A stretch of 57,651 bases of DNA, counting the filler, from Sphacelaria rigidula (taxonomy: Eukaryota), in assembly GCA_964200075.2 (NCBI GenBank). It is 9 parts of 9 records of this genome, joined end to end, with 100 filler letters (N's around TTAATTAATTAA, not from the genome) between each part and the next. Parts side by side here need not be neighbours in the genome. Positions count along the whole stretch, not along the records: positions 19,253 to 25,569 come from CAXNAA020020814.1; positions 25,670 to 31,986 come from CAXNAA020020815.1; positions 32,087 to 38,403 come from CAXNAA020020816.1; 6 more parts are not named here. One strand, written 5' to 3'. A program made the translations under genes and the position numbers. The notes under the pieces were generated by a model. The model searched no databases. It was not told where the DNA came from and worked only from the letters and a program-made list of their open reading frames with translations. Numbering within the stretch: position 1 is the stretch's first letter; the number at the start of each line of letters is the position of its first letter. Shown piece after piece: positions 22,436 to 34,145 of the stretch.

Positions 22436-24896
22436 CAAGGTTGTGTTATGTAGGGTACGGGTACGTTCAGTAGAGCATAGCAATCCTAACCCAACTTTAG
22501 AATTATCAGGTACCGCTATGAAAGTCTCACATAATTTACAGAGTCCATCGGATAGAGTATGGACGTTTTACAGAAACTACTATCGGCACCCGGGTAGTTC
22601 TACAAGGCTATGCCCGTGCTCAGGGGAAGGGTAATTATTTTGTACAGATCGTATCGAGCTGTCGGATACCGGTGTGTGAGGGTTACAAAACTCAAAGAAA
22701 TGTCGAGTACGGGTACGGATACTGTACAGGAAACGGTACCTTCAACCGGATTTTATTTCAGGGTTATACCGGTGCCCCGGGTATGGGTATGGTACACTTA
22801 CGGAACTTACAGGACTGTCGGGTAAGGGTATGTGAAACTTACAAAACTCACAGATTTGTCGGGTACGGGTATGGGATGCTTACAGAACTTTCAGAGCTGT
22901 CGGGTAAGGGTATGTGAAACTTACAAAAATCACGGAATTGTCGGATGGGACGCTTCTAGAACTTATAGAACTGCTGGGTAAGGGTGTGGGAGACTTACAG
23001 AGGTGTCGGGTACGGGTATGGAAGGCTTCCAGAACTTCCAGAACTCACAGAAATGTCGCGTAAGGGTACGGATGCTGTACAGAAAACTGCACGTCACCCG
23101 GGCATTTTATAGGGGTATACTCTAAACCCGAGTAAGGGCATGAAAGGAGTACAGAACATACAGAATTATCGGGCACGGGTAGTACCCGAGTATGACTTGC
23201 CCGGTTATTATGCCGGATTTTTTCCCTGCTTCATAGGGCGAAAAACTGTCGAATACATGCCGTATACCGCAAGTGGTACACGGCATACCGATAAAACGCC
23301 ATACACTTTCTACGATAGCCCCCCGCCGAAACCAGCTAAAACCTGGCACGAAGAAAATGGCCATACCGCACCTGGTGTTTGGTTTCGGGGTGCATAATAA
23401 AGCGCCTCATATGGGCGGCGTTGGCAAAAACGAACTCAAGCGTGGGAACTCCCAGCTGCTCGTTGTGCTCGGCTTCTTTTATTTCGGTATACGTGTAGAT
23501 TTTGCCATATTGTTTGGTGGGACTGTCGTGGAAAGTGTCGCCACACTAAAGATACCATGTAGCATTCGTATTAGCGGACATGAAACACGAAGCGCGTCGG
23601 TGACATGTATGTCAACTGCGCACACTCGCCGGCAAACATCGCAACATGACTGACAAATAAAAGTAAAGTGATACGATGAACCAGTCACCGTCAGAACCCC
23701 GAAGCACACCAAACTCAGAAATTGGACACGATCAATTATTTGTTGACGCTGGAGTTAGTTAATGCTTGGCTTTGTGGTGAGTGTCGACGTTGCTGCGGCC
23801 GCCGTTGTTACAAAGAGCAACAGTCGTTTTTTTTCATGCGGAAGGAAGGGGCTGCCAAGCAGAAGTACTCTTGTTTGGGATATTTCTGGTCCACTGGCCT
23901 CACGTAGGCTCCCGGTCAGGACATGGACTCCTGTTCACCGCAGCCCGCTCCCTGGTAGCCGGTCGACACGACATTGGCGTCCATGGCTTTGATGGCTTAT
24001 TCCGGTGGGAAATCAAACACGTTGCTGTTCGTGTGGTACACGACCGCCGATTTAATACCGTTGACACGGCCATCATCAACATCGATGACCTCAACCGCGC
24101 TTCTTGATTCTCCCGGCGGCGCAGATGAATCGCCACCACTCGAACCACCAATCGAGTCTGGGGGCGATCCATCCTGAGGGTCTGCAATGCTGCCCATGTT
24201 GTCGTGTTTCCACTCCGCGGTACCCCGCGTATAGCCCATCAGCGTACGAAGCTTACAATTTTTGTTTGATGGGTGTATGGTGTTTGAGCGGGCAAGGAGG
24301 GTCTGTGTAATGGAGGTATGCGTGTGATCATGACGTCAGATTGTGTCGGGATTCAATCCATGTCCGTACCCCCGAGGACATGTTCTCGCACCTGCATCGG
24401 GTATTTTCACTAGGATGCACTCGTACCCCGGGCAAGGGTATGAGAAAGTTACAGAACTTACGAAACTATCGGGGATATGAGCAAGTGAGTCTTACATAGC
24501 TGTCGGGTATTGGGATAAAAGCCTTACAGCACTTCTTGAACCTGTTGGGTAGGGTATGGATGTTGTACATAATTCCCTACCCAAACCCGGGTAGCCCTAG
24601 AAGAGTATACCCTAACCTCGGGTACAGATATAGGATGCTTACAGGTCTTGTAGAGTTGTCGGATACGAGTTCGTATGCTGTACAGAAAGCCGTACTATCA
24701 CCCTGCTGTGCAGAAACCCGTACCCTCACCCGGCTATTTTGATGGGGGTATACCCGGGCCCCGGGTGCGGGTATGGGAGGCCCGCAGAACTTACAGAACT
24801 GTCGAGCAGGGGGAATACCCCAGGAAATACTCCAGGAAATACCCCAGGAAATACCCCGGGAATACAAAAAATTGTACCCGACACAGCACAACCTTG
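22436..24896 (-). mobile_element. Internally deleted hAT-like DNA transposon with subterminal tandem repeats and BED-finger remnant
   Basis: TIRs caaggttgtg.t.tgt.gggtac at both ends. Many cttacagaact...gtcgggta.gggtat units at 22450-23190 and 24360-24890. Minus-strand QEYFCLAAPSFRMKK/TTVALCNNGGRSNVDTHHKAKH (23760-24240; stops and one frameshift). No clean 8-bp TSD. Confidence 0.65.
23302..23539. mobile_element. MITE with ACACTTTCTACGATAGCCC TIR and 4-bp TSD, nested in the hAT-like element
   Basis: GCCA direct repeats at 23298-23301 and 23540-23543. Homologous to 53584-53832 and 51375-51620. Confidence 0.8.
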
Positions 24897-26484
24897 GAAC
24901 CTTTCGTAGAACATAACGTTTATTCCCTATTATTTCTGGTTTGTATATTTCTGTCGCATTGTTGCTATTCCGCGATCATCCCGTATTTCGCTCAGTCGTG
25001 AACAAAACCAAGTTACATACTTCGGACTGGTGGTTGTCCTTTTGATTTCGTTTCTATTCATCTTGCAAATGTACACACAAAAAAAAACGTAAATCCGGTT
25101 GACCGTAGAGTACTTGCTTACTCCCATGTTCTTGTTCCTGCCGCATCCCATCAGAACATGAGAGTACAATGCTAAGCTCAAGATGTTCCATGAGCCATGT
25201 TCGATGAACACGCTACACCGCGGCGGATTTTATACCTCCCTCGAAACGGCGGTACAGTCACACACGGGATTATTACCGTGCCAATATTTCTTCAACGTTT
25301 TCCAGGGCTCCCTTCTTTTTCTACACGGTGACCATCGGGGTCACAATTGGTTGATAAACTCAAACGCGCACACGAGTGGGAAGTGCCAACAACCGCGATT
25401 CTCCGCGATCGGCTACCCAGAGGTATTCACTTTTCTCGGAAACCACAACACCTCTTCTGTTTTTTTTTCATGAAGTCATGCTACGATACGGGGGGGGGGG
25501 GGGTCCTCCTTTGTTGCTTACCTTAGTGGTTTGCCCATTTCCCCCGCATTCCTTTCGTGTCGGGGGGGGNNNNNNNNNNNNNNNNNNNNNNNNNNNNNNN
25601 NNNNNNNNNNNNNTTAATTAATTAANNNNNNNNNNNNNNNNNNNNNNNNNNNNNNNNNNNNNNNNNNNNGCAAGTGTTCCGCGTCTTCCCTGCAAAAGAG
25701 AAATGCCACTTCAACCCCACATTTTGTACCAACCCCATTTTCTAGGATCCACTGTTAATTCCTATGCCTAACGGAGATGGCGTCCACACTAAAATCTCTA
25801 TGAAACCCCCGATCAATGCATTCAGCGGATGGCGACGAATTTTGGTGTGGACATCCCCTGGAGCACGGGGAGACGATAGATGCCCTCACCTTCATCTAAT
25901 TCGTTATCTTTCTCGAGATATGACGCACATAGGTTTCTATACTAAAACCAGTATATTACAAGAAGAGGCACTAGATGCCCTAAATCTGGATATCGCGTCT
26001 CAATTTCTGAGAGTTGTTCTATGAAATTTCGGAAGGTGAATCGCTACGAGTGCATAAAAAAACAAAATAGAACAGCTTGTTACCTTTTTCTTGTGTTTTT
26101 TTCAATTTTTTTCGTGCTTTTTGTGGAGTTTCGAGGAGAGATGAACATTGCTCTTAGGCCTTATCTCAATGTTTTAGCTCAATGTTTACAATTGTGATTT
26201 GAAACTTATCATGCAGAACCACGAAGGTGTGCCGAGTAAACAAAATGGGCCTCTATTATTATTTTTTCATAAAGGTTAGGGCGCTCTCGTGAAGAATTGG
26301 TCTATACTATACCAGAACGCCCTAAACCAGTAAAAACAATAATTGGAAAAAATTGACCCACTGAGTTCCGTTAATTATGCCTTAGAGAGCGCCCACACAA
26401 AATTTCAACACACGAAAACCAAACGTGAGCCGGTGAGTGACCTGCGAAACACTGTTCCGAATTTCTACCGACTTGGTTTGTAAA

Positions 26485-26745
26485 AGGCCCATTCTCCAGC
26501 CAATATTTAGAGTTGGAGCGTAAAATTTGGTATGGACAACGCATAGGGCATAAACAAATTATGTCAGTACCAAACATTATTTTTTATGAGCTAAGGGCAG
26601 TGAGCAGTTGCCAGGTATTAGTAAAATGCCCTCAACTCATGAAAAAAAAACTTTTGGTACCGACCTAATATATTTTCAATGCCCTATGCATCGTTCATAC
26701 CAAATGTTACGCTCCAACTCTAAATATTGGCCGGGGCATGGGCCT
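26485..26745. repeat. Long foldback palindrome (~115-bp arms)
   Basis: ggcccat...gccaatatttagagttggagcgtaa.atttggtatg...gcatagggcat is mirrored by atgccctatgc...cataccaaat.ttacgctccaactctaaatattggc...atgggcc. Confidence 0.9.
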
Positions 26746-26876
26746 GCAAACTTCAAATCCGCCTCTAGGCTGGCCCAGCTCGTATGCTGCAGTTGTTTGA
26801 TTGCAACGTATCGTGCCACCGGGGTTTGGTCAGAGGGAAATATAGTCAAACTGGGTTGCGATTTATCGAACTGCTT

Positions 26877-27150
26877 TTACACCTTCTTTTTGGCCCCACT
26901 CGATTTTTTGCCGTTGTTTGTGCCCGCTTTTGAAGCACACTTCCCACTTTTCCCTTTTCCGCCGCCCTTGATCAACGATTTGCCTTCCTTGACCATTTCA
27001 ACCGCAAGCATCGTGGCGTTGCCTTCTTTTGGCTGACCGACGGGAACACCGTCATCTCCGATAGGAGTGCTCCTCGACGCTTGCACCGCGAGATCCCCTT
27101 GTTGCCCAGATTCTAGCGCCCACGCTTCAATTACGCCTCGAATTTCCGCC
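26877..27150 (-). CDS. IQANK1: IQANK1-like protein, probable terminal exon with Lys/Gly-rich tail
   Basis: In-phase RAEIRGVIEAWALESG...KKSSGAKKKV-TAA. Confidence 0.75.
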
Positions 27151-27443
27151 CTCGTATAAAATGGTATTCGAGATCACGGGGTAAGGAATAGACAAGATGC
27201 TCAGGGTCATTCGCGAACGGTGTGAGACTCCTGCTCACGAATCTTCAAGTTATACAGCGGGGCAAATTGTTTTCTCGGCTTAATAAGGTGAAAACGACGA
27301 TCGTCACCCGCGAATGGTGCAAGCAATGCAGCATTAACGGACAGATCCCGTAACGGGATGAACCTACTTGCGCCGACCTCCCTGCGTCGACACAAAACGA
27401 CGAACTGAAAGTAAATGATGCAGCACGCTGCCGGCAAAGTTAC

Positions 27444-27617
27444 CTGGATTTGACTACTCTATTCGCAGCGTCTAGCTCGTCTTGAGCCAAGTCCCAGGCA
27501 CTTTTGTTGTAGGATGACTTCAGGTACGGATCCGCTCCATGCTTGAGTAGGAGGGCCAATGCTGCCTTCGAATCGTGAAACACTGCTATAGCAGCAGGTG
27601 TCCAGCCCTTGAGGTCC
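27444..27617 (-). CDS. IQANK1: IQANK1-like protein, ankyrin exon
   Basis: RDLKGWTPAAIAVFHDSKAALALLLKHGADPYLKSSYNKSAWDLA...|gtaac. Confidence 0.88.
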
Positions 27618-27940
27618 CTGTTCAGATGAACCATGCAATTTTTCTTGTATGGTGCGGTTGGGGGGTGTACTCATGATCATGCGGTTGGGGGGGGGGGCGC
27701 TATATTTTTACCTTTTCCCAACTACAAATTCCTGTATCCTACACCAATCCTTTCGAAATGGAAAAATGGTTACTGTGATGAGTCATGAATCCAAAGGTAC
27801 CATGACAGAAGACACGTGCATAAGTTGCAGGGATTCGTCTTGCACTACTTATACCACAAATTGCGGCTAGAAGCTAGTAACCTCGGGTCGAGCAGAACCG
27901 AAAATGGCCCCTACGGGACACCGTCGATCCGTCGCATCAC

Positions 27941-28410
27941 CTAGAATTTGGGTTTGCCTTCAGAACCCTGCACTCCCAGCTTGCAGTTCCCGAGGTCATT
28001 CCGGACTTCTCATCATCACATGTCCGCCAGTGAGTCAGTAACAGTTCCAACACTTCCATGCGTCCGTGCTGCGCTGCCAATGAGAGCAAGGTCATGCCAC
28101 GAGGATCTCTCACTTCGCATGTTCCCCGCGGCCGTTGCCCAGTACGATCGGCGTCATCTGCCAGCTCAATTAGTTGTTCCTTTAGACCTCGTGCATCCCC
28201 GACGATAGTTTTTTCCAAGAGTTCATCGCATATTATGGAACGTGCCAAGTGATCTCTTTCTGCCGCGGTACTCAGGCGCTCCTCAACTTTTTTTCGCATC
28301 GCGAGCTTGCGCTCTTGGCACAGGCGAGCTGTGACCTCGGGATCCCATGCATCTAGCATCGCTCGCACTTCCTCAGTCTTCGCCACATCGTACGGAGCCT
28401 CGTGAGAAGT
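27941..28410 (-). CDS. IQANK1: IQANK1-like protein, coiled-coil and ankyrin exon
   Basis: TSHEAPYDVAKTEEVRAMLDAWD...RDPRGMTLLSLAAQHGRMEVLELLL...ANPNS ag|gtgat. Confidence 0.88.
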
Positions 28411-28674
28411 CTTCCATTCAACAATATCAAGCGGACAGCAAGTAACAAGTTTGATGGTGGTGCCCATCGTTTTTGCCTTTATGCCTTCACCGTCGGTACC
28501 CTTTGAGTACATTCACTTTCAACATGTAGACACTTGGAAACATTGGAAGCTACATAGGCGAATGCTGTTGTTCCAAAATTCCTCTGCTGGAATTACCTCT
28601 GAACATTACCCTTGTGTGAAAGTGCCTTTTGGTGACAATACTTCGATCAGAAGGGGGCGAATATTATCCTGCAC

Positions 28675-28877
28675 CTGGTCTCGAAAAGATGGATCAGCAC
28701 CAGCTTCCAGAAGAATCAGCACGACATTCAAGTGGCCGTTATAGCATGCTCGCCAAAGACCCGATCGTCCCACGTCGTTGAGTGCATTCGGGTTTGCGCC
28801 TTCCTTGAGAAGGAGATGAATAATGTCTTCGTGACCCTGTGCTGCTGCCTCACTAAGGCTGGTATGACCTCTCCCAT
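28675..28877 (-). CDS. IQANK1: IQANK1-like protein, ankyrin-repeat exon
   Basis: DGRGHTSLSEAAAQGHEDIIHLLLKEGANPN...LWRACYNGHLNVVLILLEAGADP: two canonical ankyrin repeats. Confidence 0.92.
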
Positions 28878-29167
28878 CTGCTTGATGGGGTGAATACACA
28901 CACAATTGCTGAACTCAAGGTCTCACTTGAGGACCGTGAACATGCATCAGATGGAGATAAACCGTTGCAAGATGGAAATGGCGCTCGTAACTGCGACGTC
29001 TCGCACGGTGCACTCTCCGCATGACCTGCTACTGGATGTTTGACACAAGCCGAAGTCCTGCATGGGAGTGCCATAATCGAAACGAGCTGCACAGGTGGGG
29101 AGCCGCGTCTTGCTGGGGACACCATCAGAGCGTCTCACACACTCCACCAGGTCCTGCTGAATCGCAC

Positions 29168-29223
29168 CTGTGCTCTCGACGTCAAATCCCTTGTCCAGCC
29201 ATTTTTGAACTTCGGTGATTTCC
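29168..29223 (-). CDS. IQANK1: IQANK1-like protein, ankyrin exon
   Basis: cag|g EITEVQKWLDKGFDVEST g|gtgcg. Confidence 0.8.
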
Positions 29224-29943
29224 CTGTGATTCAATCGGGCAGTTATCACCGGGTGTAAGAGATGAAAACGAGGATGGTTGTTGTCGGGAATCCTGTACGC
29301 TCAAGGCCACATGATGTGCTGGTCAGCTGAAGTGTGCCCTTACTGGTTTCAAATCTTGGAACTATCCAAAAATCGCGTCGAAGCTTGCGAATCGAGCATC
29401 ACGGAGCGGCTAGTCAGCGCGGTGTTCGCATCAGATCCGTGTGAATGCAGTTATAGGCTCAAGTGCTCTAGACGCTATTCATCCTGATCGCAATACCCAC
29501 TTACCCATTCAGCCGGCGATGACCGGGTGACAAATGCCAGGATTCAAGGCGCCGACGAAAACCAACTCTTGGGTTCGAGGGTCCCCTCGACACTTTGCCT
29601 GGCCCTTTTATTGACAAAAATATACCAATGAAGAGTAGAAATAAAAACAGTAGTCATGCTGAGCACCATGAGTCAGATTCAAGATCGGCGTGAACTACCG
29701 GGACGCCCACCTCATAATTAACCTTGGAGGTCCAACGGCTAGAAAGAGTCCGGGCTCAGGAATCATCCGTTTGTTATTACGACAACCACTGATTCACGTA
29801 GTCGCGAGTCGTGGCTGTTACCATTACGGAGCAGTGGAACCATAGTAAGAATCGGAAGACATCACTTGCAGAAAGTCTGGCAACTGTCTTTTTGCCGGCT
29901 TACACGGTAGGTAAACGATACAATTTATCTTTCCAGAACGCAC

Positions 29944-30216
29944 CCGTCAAATGCTGATTCCACCATTTGCAAAGAATTTCGCCTGACTTGTGCCGCACCA
30001 AATATACTTGCAAGCGTCTGATCATCCTTGAGCTCCTGATTTTCACCGCCTTTAACGGCGTTGTCATCTTGGACGTGTATGACAGCAAGGAAAGCCCTTG
30101 CCTCTGCAGGCAATTGGTTGCCTTTCCCGGTGACGAGAATAAACGCGAAATCGTCGCGTGGAAAGAAGAGGTCGGGCGTCGGATCACCCTTGTCTGGGCG
30201 CAGCAGTTTACTCCAC
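29944..30216 (-). CDS. IQANK1: IQANK1-like protein, exon
   Basis: WSKLLRPDKGDPTPDLFFPRDDFAFILVT...MVESAFDG. Phase 2 at both ends, consistent with neighbours. Confidence 0.8.
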
Positions 30217-30995
30217 CTGAGAGCGTTGGGCAGAAAATGGCGACTTCAGGGTATTTGCGGGAGTTGGGTATGCACAGCGACACCATGCTGCTATGGAGTT
30301 CACTGTGTCTTCAAATACTGCGGCGTGGGTATGCTGTACAACGAAGAAACTACATATTGTAACATATGTTTTGGCATTGGGGCACTGCATCGCAGGCATC
30401 CACACAAGGCGGGCGTGCAATGACTGCAATAAAATTTCCCAGTAGCATCATCAGATCAGGTCGTCAACAAATATTTATTTGGGGACTAGAAGTGCGATAT
30501 TCATCATCATCGTCACGAGAGCAAGCATATTTTGCTGTTCAGCTTTGTCGCCGTACACGTAGGCCCGAAGCTCATAAGGGTAGGGCGGCGCGTGCACTGC
30601 GCCAAGTTGACAGGGGGCTTTAGTGGGTTGAACCCCAACACTTGCCTTGAGCACAGCTTCCTCATGCTCGAGGCGCCTACCCCACATGACTACCGCGCGG
30701 TGGTCAAGCCGAGCCGCCGGGTAATCGGCACACGAACCCGCTTGCGGAATAATTTTTGGGTGAGGTTTCCTCCTTCCTTCAAGGAATAAAAACAACAACT
30801 AGAGACGACAGACTGGGCTTAGGTCCACCATGTCCGCAGCTCAACGGAGAAACGGCAGGGATATTCAGAGACACCCAACAGTACGGTACAGCACAGTACA
30901 GGCGTATCGTTAACCACGAATCACTAAAGTAGAGCAGACCGCCCAGATCTCATTGATATGAACTCGAAGAATATATTAACGAGGTCAAGTCTCAC

Positions 30996-31312
30996 GTTTC
31001 CTCTAGGAAGATCCGTCGTCGATCGAGAACGCCCCTGGGAAAGTGCATTTCGTCGAACATCCCCTCATAGTCTACCCCTTCCTCTAACGAGCTGAACACG
31101 AGGCAAAAGTTTCCTCCATGCATTAAGCCTGAGACAAGTCTAGCCCGCAGGTGTTCCTTTTCGATGTCTTCCCTCCGGTCTCCCAATAAGAAAGCACCTC
31201 GTTGATATCGTAGAAAGCGCGTGGCTTGGCCATGTGGATCAACGATCAGCGGCCATTTTTCATGAATGAAGAGCGCTTCTTCAATCGCCCCCGGTAGTTC
31301 CTTGAGCGAACA
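30996..31312 (-). CDS. IQANK1: IQANK1-like protein, exon of the WPL..DP domain (first exon seen; 5' end missing)
   Basis: CSLKELPGAIEEALFIHEKWPLIVDPHGQATRFLRYQRG...LRARLVSGLMHG matches the IQANK1 motif WPLviDP.gQA..FLRY. GT/AG boundaries. Confidence 0.8.
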
Positions 31313-31664
31313 CTGCACATTATGTGTCATACACAGTGAACAAAAGCCATCACTACCAAGCAGTCAGCCAAAGACAACCAAAGTGTTTTGCGTTGTATTG
31401 TGCGTGCGATCCATGGCGTGGGGCTGCATTCTGAGAAGCGCGAACCCAAAAAGATGCACAACGTGCATGACCAAGGGGCAGTTGAAAAAAAAATCGGGAC
31501 ACGTAGGCCCCCCCCCCACCCCGGAGGACATTTTTCCGAAAATTATCATGAATTTGTCGATTTTTTTTGTCAACTTTTTCGCAAGAAATTGATCAATGAA
31601 CATTGGCAAAATCCGAAAAGTTTGGTGGGCCTTACGGGGTGTATGTTTGCTTCTGCTCCTTTAC

Positions 31665-31910
31665 ATATCTATATATATAACATATAATATAGGGATCATA
31701 TATGTTTTAGCATATAAATATATTACATATACATATATTGTTTATATGTTTATAAAATACAAACAATGTAGTATATGTTATGGAGAAGAATGTGTATAAT
31801 ATAGACCAATAATATAGACCTATGTTTATATGATGTAAAATATATGAAATATACTATGTGAAATATACTACGTGTAATATAATGTATAAAATATAATATA
31901 TGAAATATGA
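31665..31910. repeat. AT-rich low-complexity tract
   Basis: Degenerate (TA)/(TATAA) repeats. Confidence 0.8.
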
Positions 31911-31911
31911 T

Positions 31912-31986
31912 GGGCAATGGCCTAGAAAAGGTATACCTTCTCGTTTTTTGCCTAGGAAAGGTACGAAAAATGGCCAGAAACGCGAA
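31912..31986 (+). repeat. Dispersed repeat end (GGGCAATGG...)
   Basis: Near-identical to 49413-49490, where it follows TTA. Possibly a PIF/Harbinger-type terminus. Confidence 0.55.
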
Positions 31987-32086
31987 NNNNNNNNNNNNNN
32001 NNNNNNNNNNNNNNNNNNNNNNNNNNNNNNTTAATTAATTAANNNNNNNNNNNNNNNNNNNNNNNNNNNNNNNNNNNNNNNNNNNN

Positions 32087-32999
32087 GATGCTGCATAACT
32101 GGGTATGGGAAAACGAGTACACACCCAGGTGGAGGTGGAGAGAAGGAGTAGTAGTCATCATTTTTCAAAACAAGAGACAAAGCTGGCCGAGGGAACCATA
32201 GAGGGATAACGTGGAAAATATTCTGTAGGATTCTGAGCGATGGAGTGGGAATGATGCTATAAAAGGACGAAAACATCATCGAGGGGCAAATAGGTTTCAG
32301 AACAAACCGTAGTTGCGTAGACCGTGTGTACATATTAGGTCAGGTTATTCAAGGTGGGAAAGATGCCGGGTTGATAACGTGCTGTTTCATTCTGGGCGTG
32401 CATAAGGCTCATGGTACAGTATTGAGAAATGGGCTGTGGAAAAAGATGTGGGAAACTGGGGATAGAGGAAAGATGCGGAGAAGGATAGAGAAGATGACAG
32501 AATGCGCCGAAAGTGCCATGATGCTAGAAAAGTGAAACTGCGATTTCGGGTGGGGGACCTGGACCTGCCAGAAAACAAAAAAAGAGATATACCAGTAGTC
32601 GTGTGGAGGAGGAAGTAGATGCACAGAACTGCCTCTGTGTTGAAGCAATAGAGAGCAGAAGTCATCCAATTGCAGAATGTAAGCTATACAAGGAGGAACG
32701 GGACGTGCCAGAGGGGGAAATGCGGTACGTGAATGAAGGTGGCATGAAATCGTTTGATGCATTAGACAGTAGCGAGAAAACGATGGTTATACTAGGAGAT
32801 AGATGGTGGCCACAGAGGGCGAAACAGGACGAGCATAAGATATGTAAACGGTTTTTGTACAGTGTATGGAAGAAACGTAATGAGCGCCGGAATGTTGGAG
32901 GTGTCTCTATTAGGAGCAGGAATGGTGCCTCGTCTCGAAAGGGATGTATAGTCAATAGTCAAACGACCAAGGCAAGCAACAAATGAGTACCCCCCCCCC
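32087..32999 (+). mobile_element. Decayed LINE: partial reverse transcriptase fused by deletion to the C-terminal zinc knuckle and 3' poly(C)
   Basis: WREGVVVIIFK.RDK....NHRGIT...GQIGFRTNRSCVDRVYIL...FILGVHKAHGTV.RNGLWKKM (early RT motifs). Junction ~32530, then NCLC...ESRSHPIAEC...KASNK-TGA gtac CCCCCCCCC. Confidence 0.92.
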
Positions 33000-33000
33000 T

Positions 33001-33822
33001 CGAACTAATAAGCATTTTTCCGTTCTGTGCTCGTAGTGTGGCTATTCCCTTGTTTATCTTCCCTGTCTTATTCCTCATTATCCCTTTTGTCCCTACCCAC
33101 AATTATTTCATCCCGCCATCAAAGTCTTCATTTGCTCTATTCACTACATCTTCCCATACTCCCTTATTTTGCTTCTGTATCATATTTTTCACTCCCTTTC
33201 GAGCTTGAGTATACTCCTCCCATCCTGTCTTAGTTTTAATCTGCATGTATCTCGCGTGGGCCTCTCTCCTTACTCTTACAGTCTCTTTTACTTCCTCATC
33301 CCACCGTTTTACTGCTCTGTTGCAAACGATTAGTTTTTTGCCTATGACTTCACTCGCTGTGTTCTTCACCAACTGCTCCCATCCTTCTATAACCTTCGCT
33401 CCTGCCCGATCCCTTTCACCTTTGGTATCAACTGTACCTACGCTTCTCAACAGCTCGAAAAATTTCACAGCAGTTTAGATCATCTCTACTTGGAACTCTC
33501 CCTGATTTTCTTTCATTTCCAGTATATTTATTCTCTTTTTGTACAACCTGCAACCCCGCCTATTTCTTTTAGCTCTCGTCTGTTGGCTTTCTCTCCATAT
33601 CGGGCAATGCCCTGTAGTTCCCACATCCTCTGGCATGCATGTACTTCCATTTCCTTACTATTTCCATGCCCTCCCACTATGTAGTCGGGAACGGAGCGTT
33701 CTCTCTCGTCTTTGCACTTTCTAGCCGATGTCCAGTGCGCCTCTGGCTTTTGTGCTCTATCATTCAGCGTCTTCATCCCGTTATTCTCAAGGAACTTCGG
33801 CATTTCTACCCCATTCGTGCGA
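33001..33822 (-). mobile_element. LINE fragment: APE endonuclease C-terminus and linker
   Basis: NGVEMPKFLENNGMKTLNDR...HWT...RSVPDYI, then AVKRWDEEVKETVRVRREAH...WEEY. A homologous plus-strand copy lies at 37850-38403. Confidence 0.85.
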
Positions 33823-34074
33823 GGTGAGTATCAACGTATCTCTCCCCCAGAGCATGCCTGCTTGACAGCTTATTACCGTGCACCGAGCATTGGAGCAGTA
33901 TTTCTGTGGACCCCGTTGACTTTCATTAATCTGTTATTTATTACTCACGTCCTCATGCTTCCAACAACCGGAACCAGATTTGCGTGGAGCCGTATCACTT
34001 TGATCGCGTACATATATCGGTGTTCGAAACTGCGGCGTCTGACCTCACTGCCCATTGGGGTGCGCGTACCGCAA

Positions 34075-34128
34075 TCTCTCTCTCTCTATATATACATATA
34101 TATATATATATATGTGTGTGCGTATATA
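34075..34128. repeat. (CT)n/(TA)n microsatellite
   Basis: Visible dinucleotide runs. Confidence 0.9.
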
Positions 34129-34145
34129 CAACAGAAAGTGCTCAC

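Noticed and set aside
22450..23190. CRISPR array or coding repeat (several short ORFs)
   Set aside because: Irregular degenerate tandem units inside TIRs; the ORFs are by-products of the repeat.
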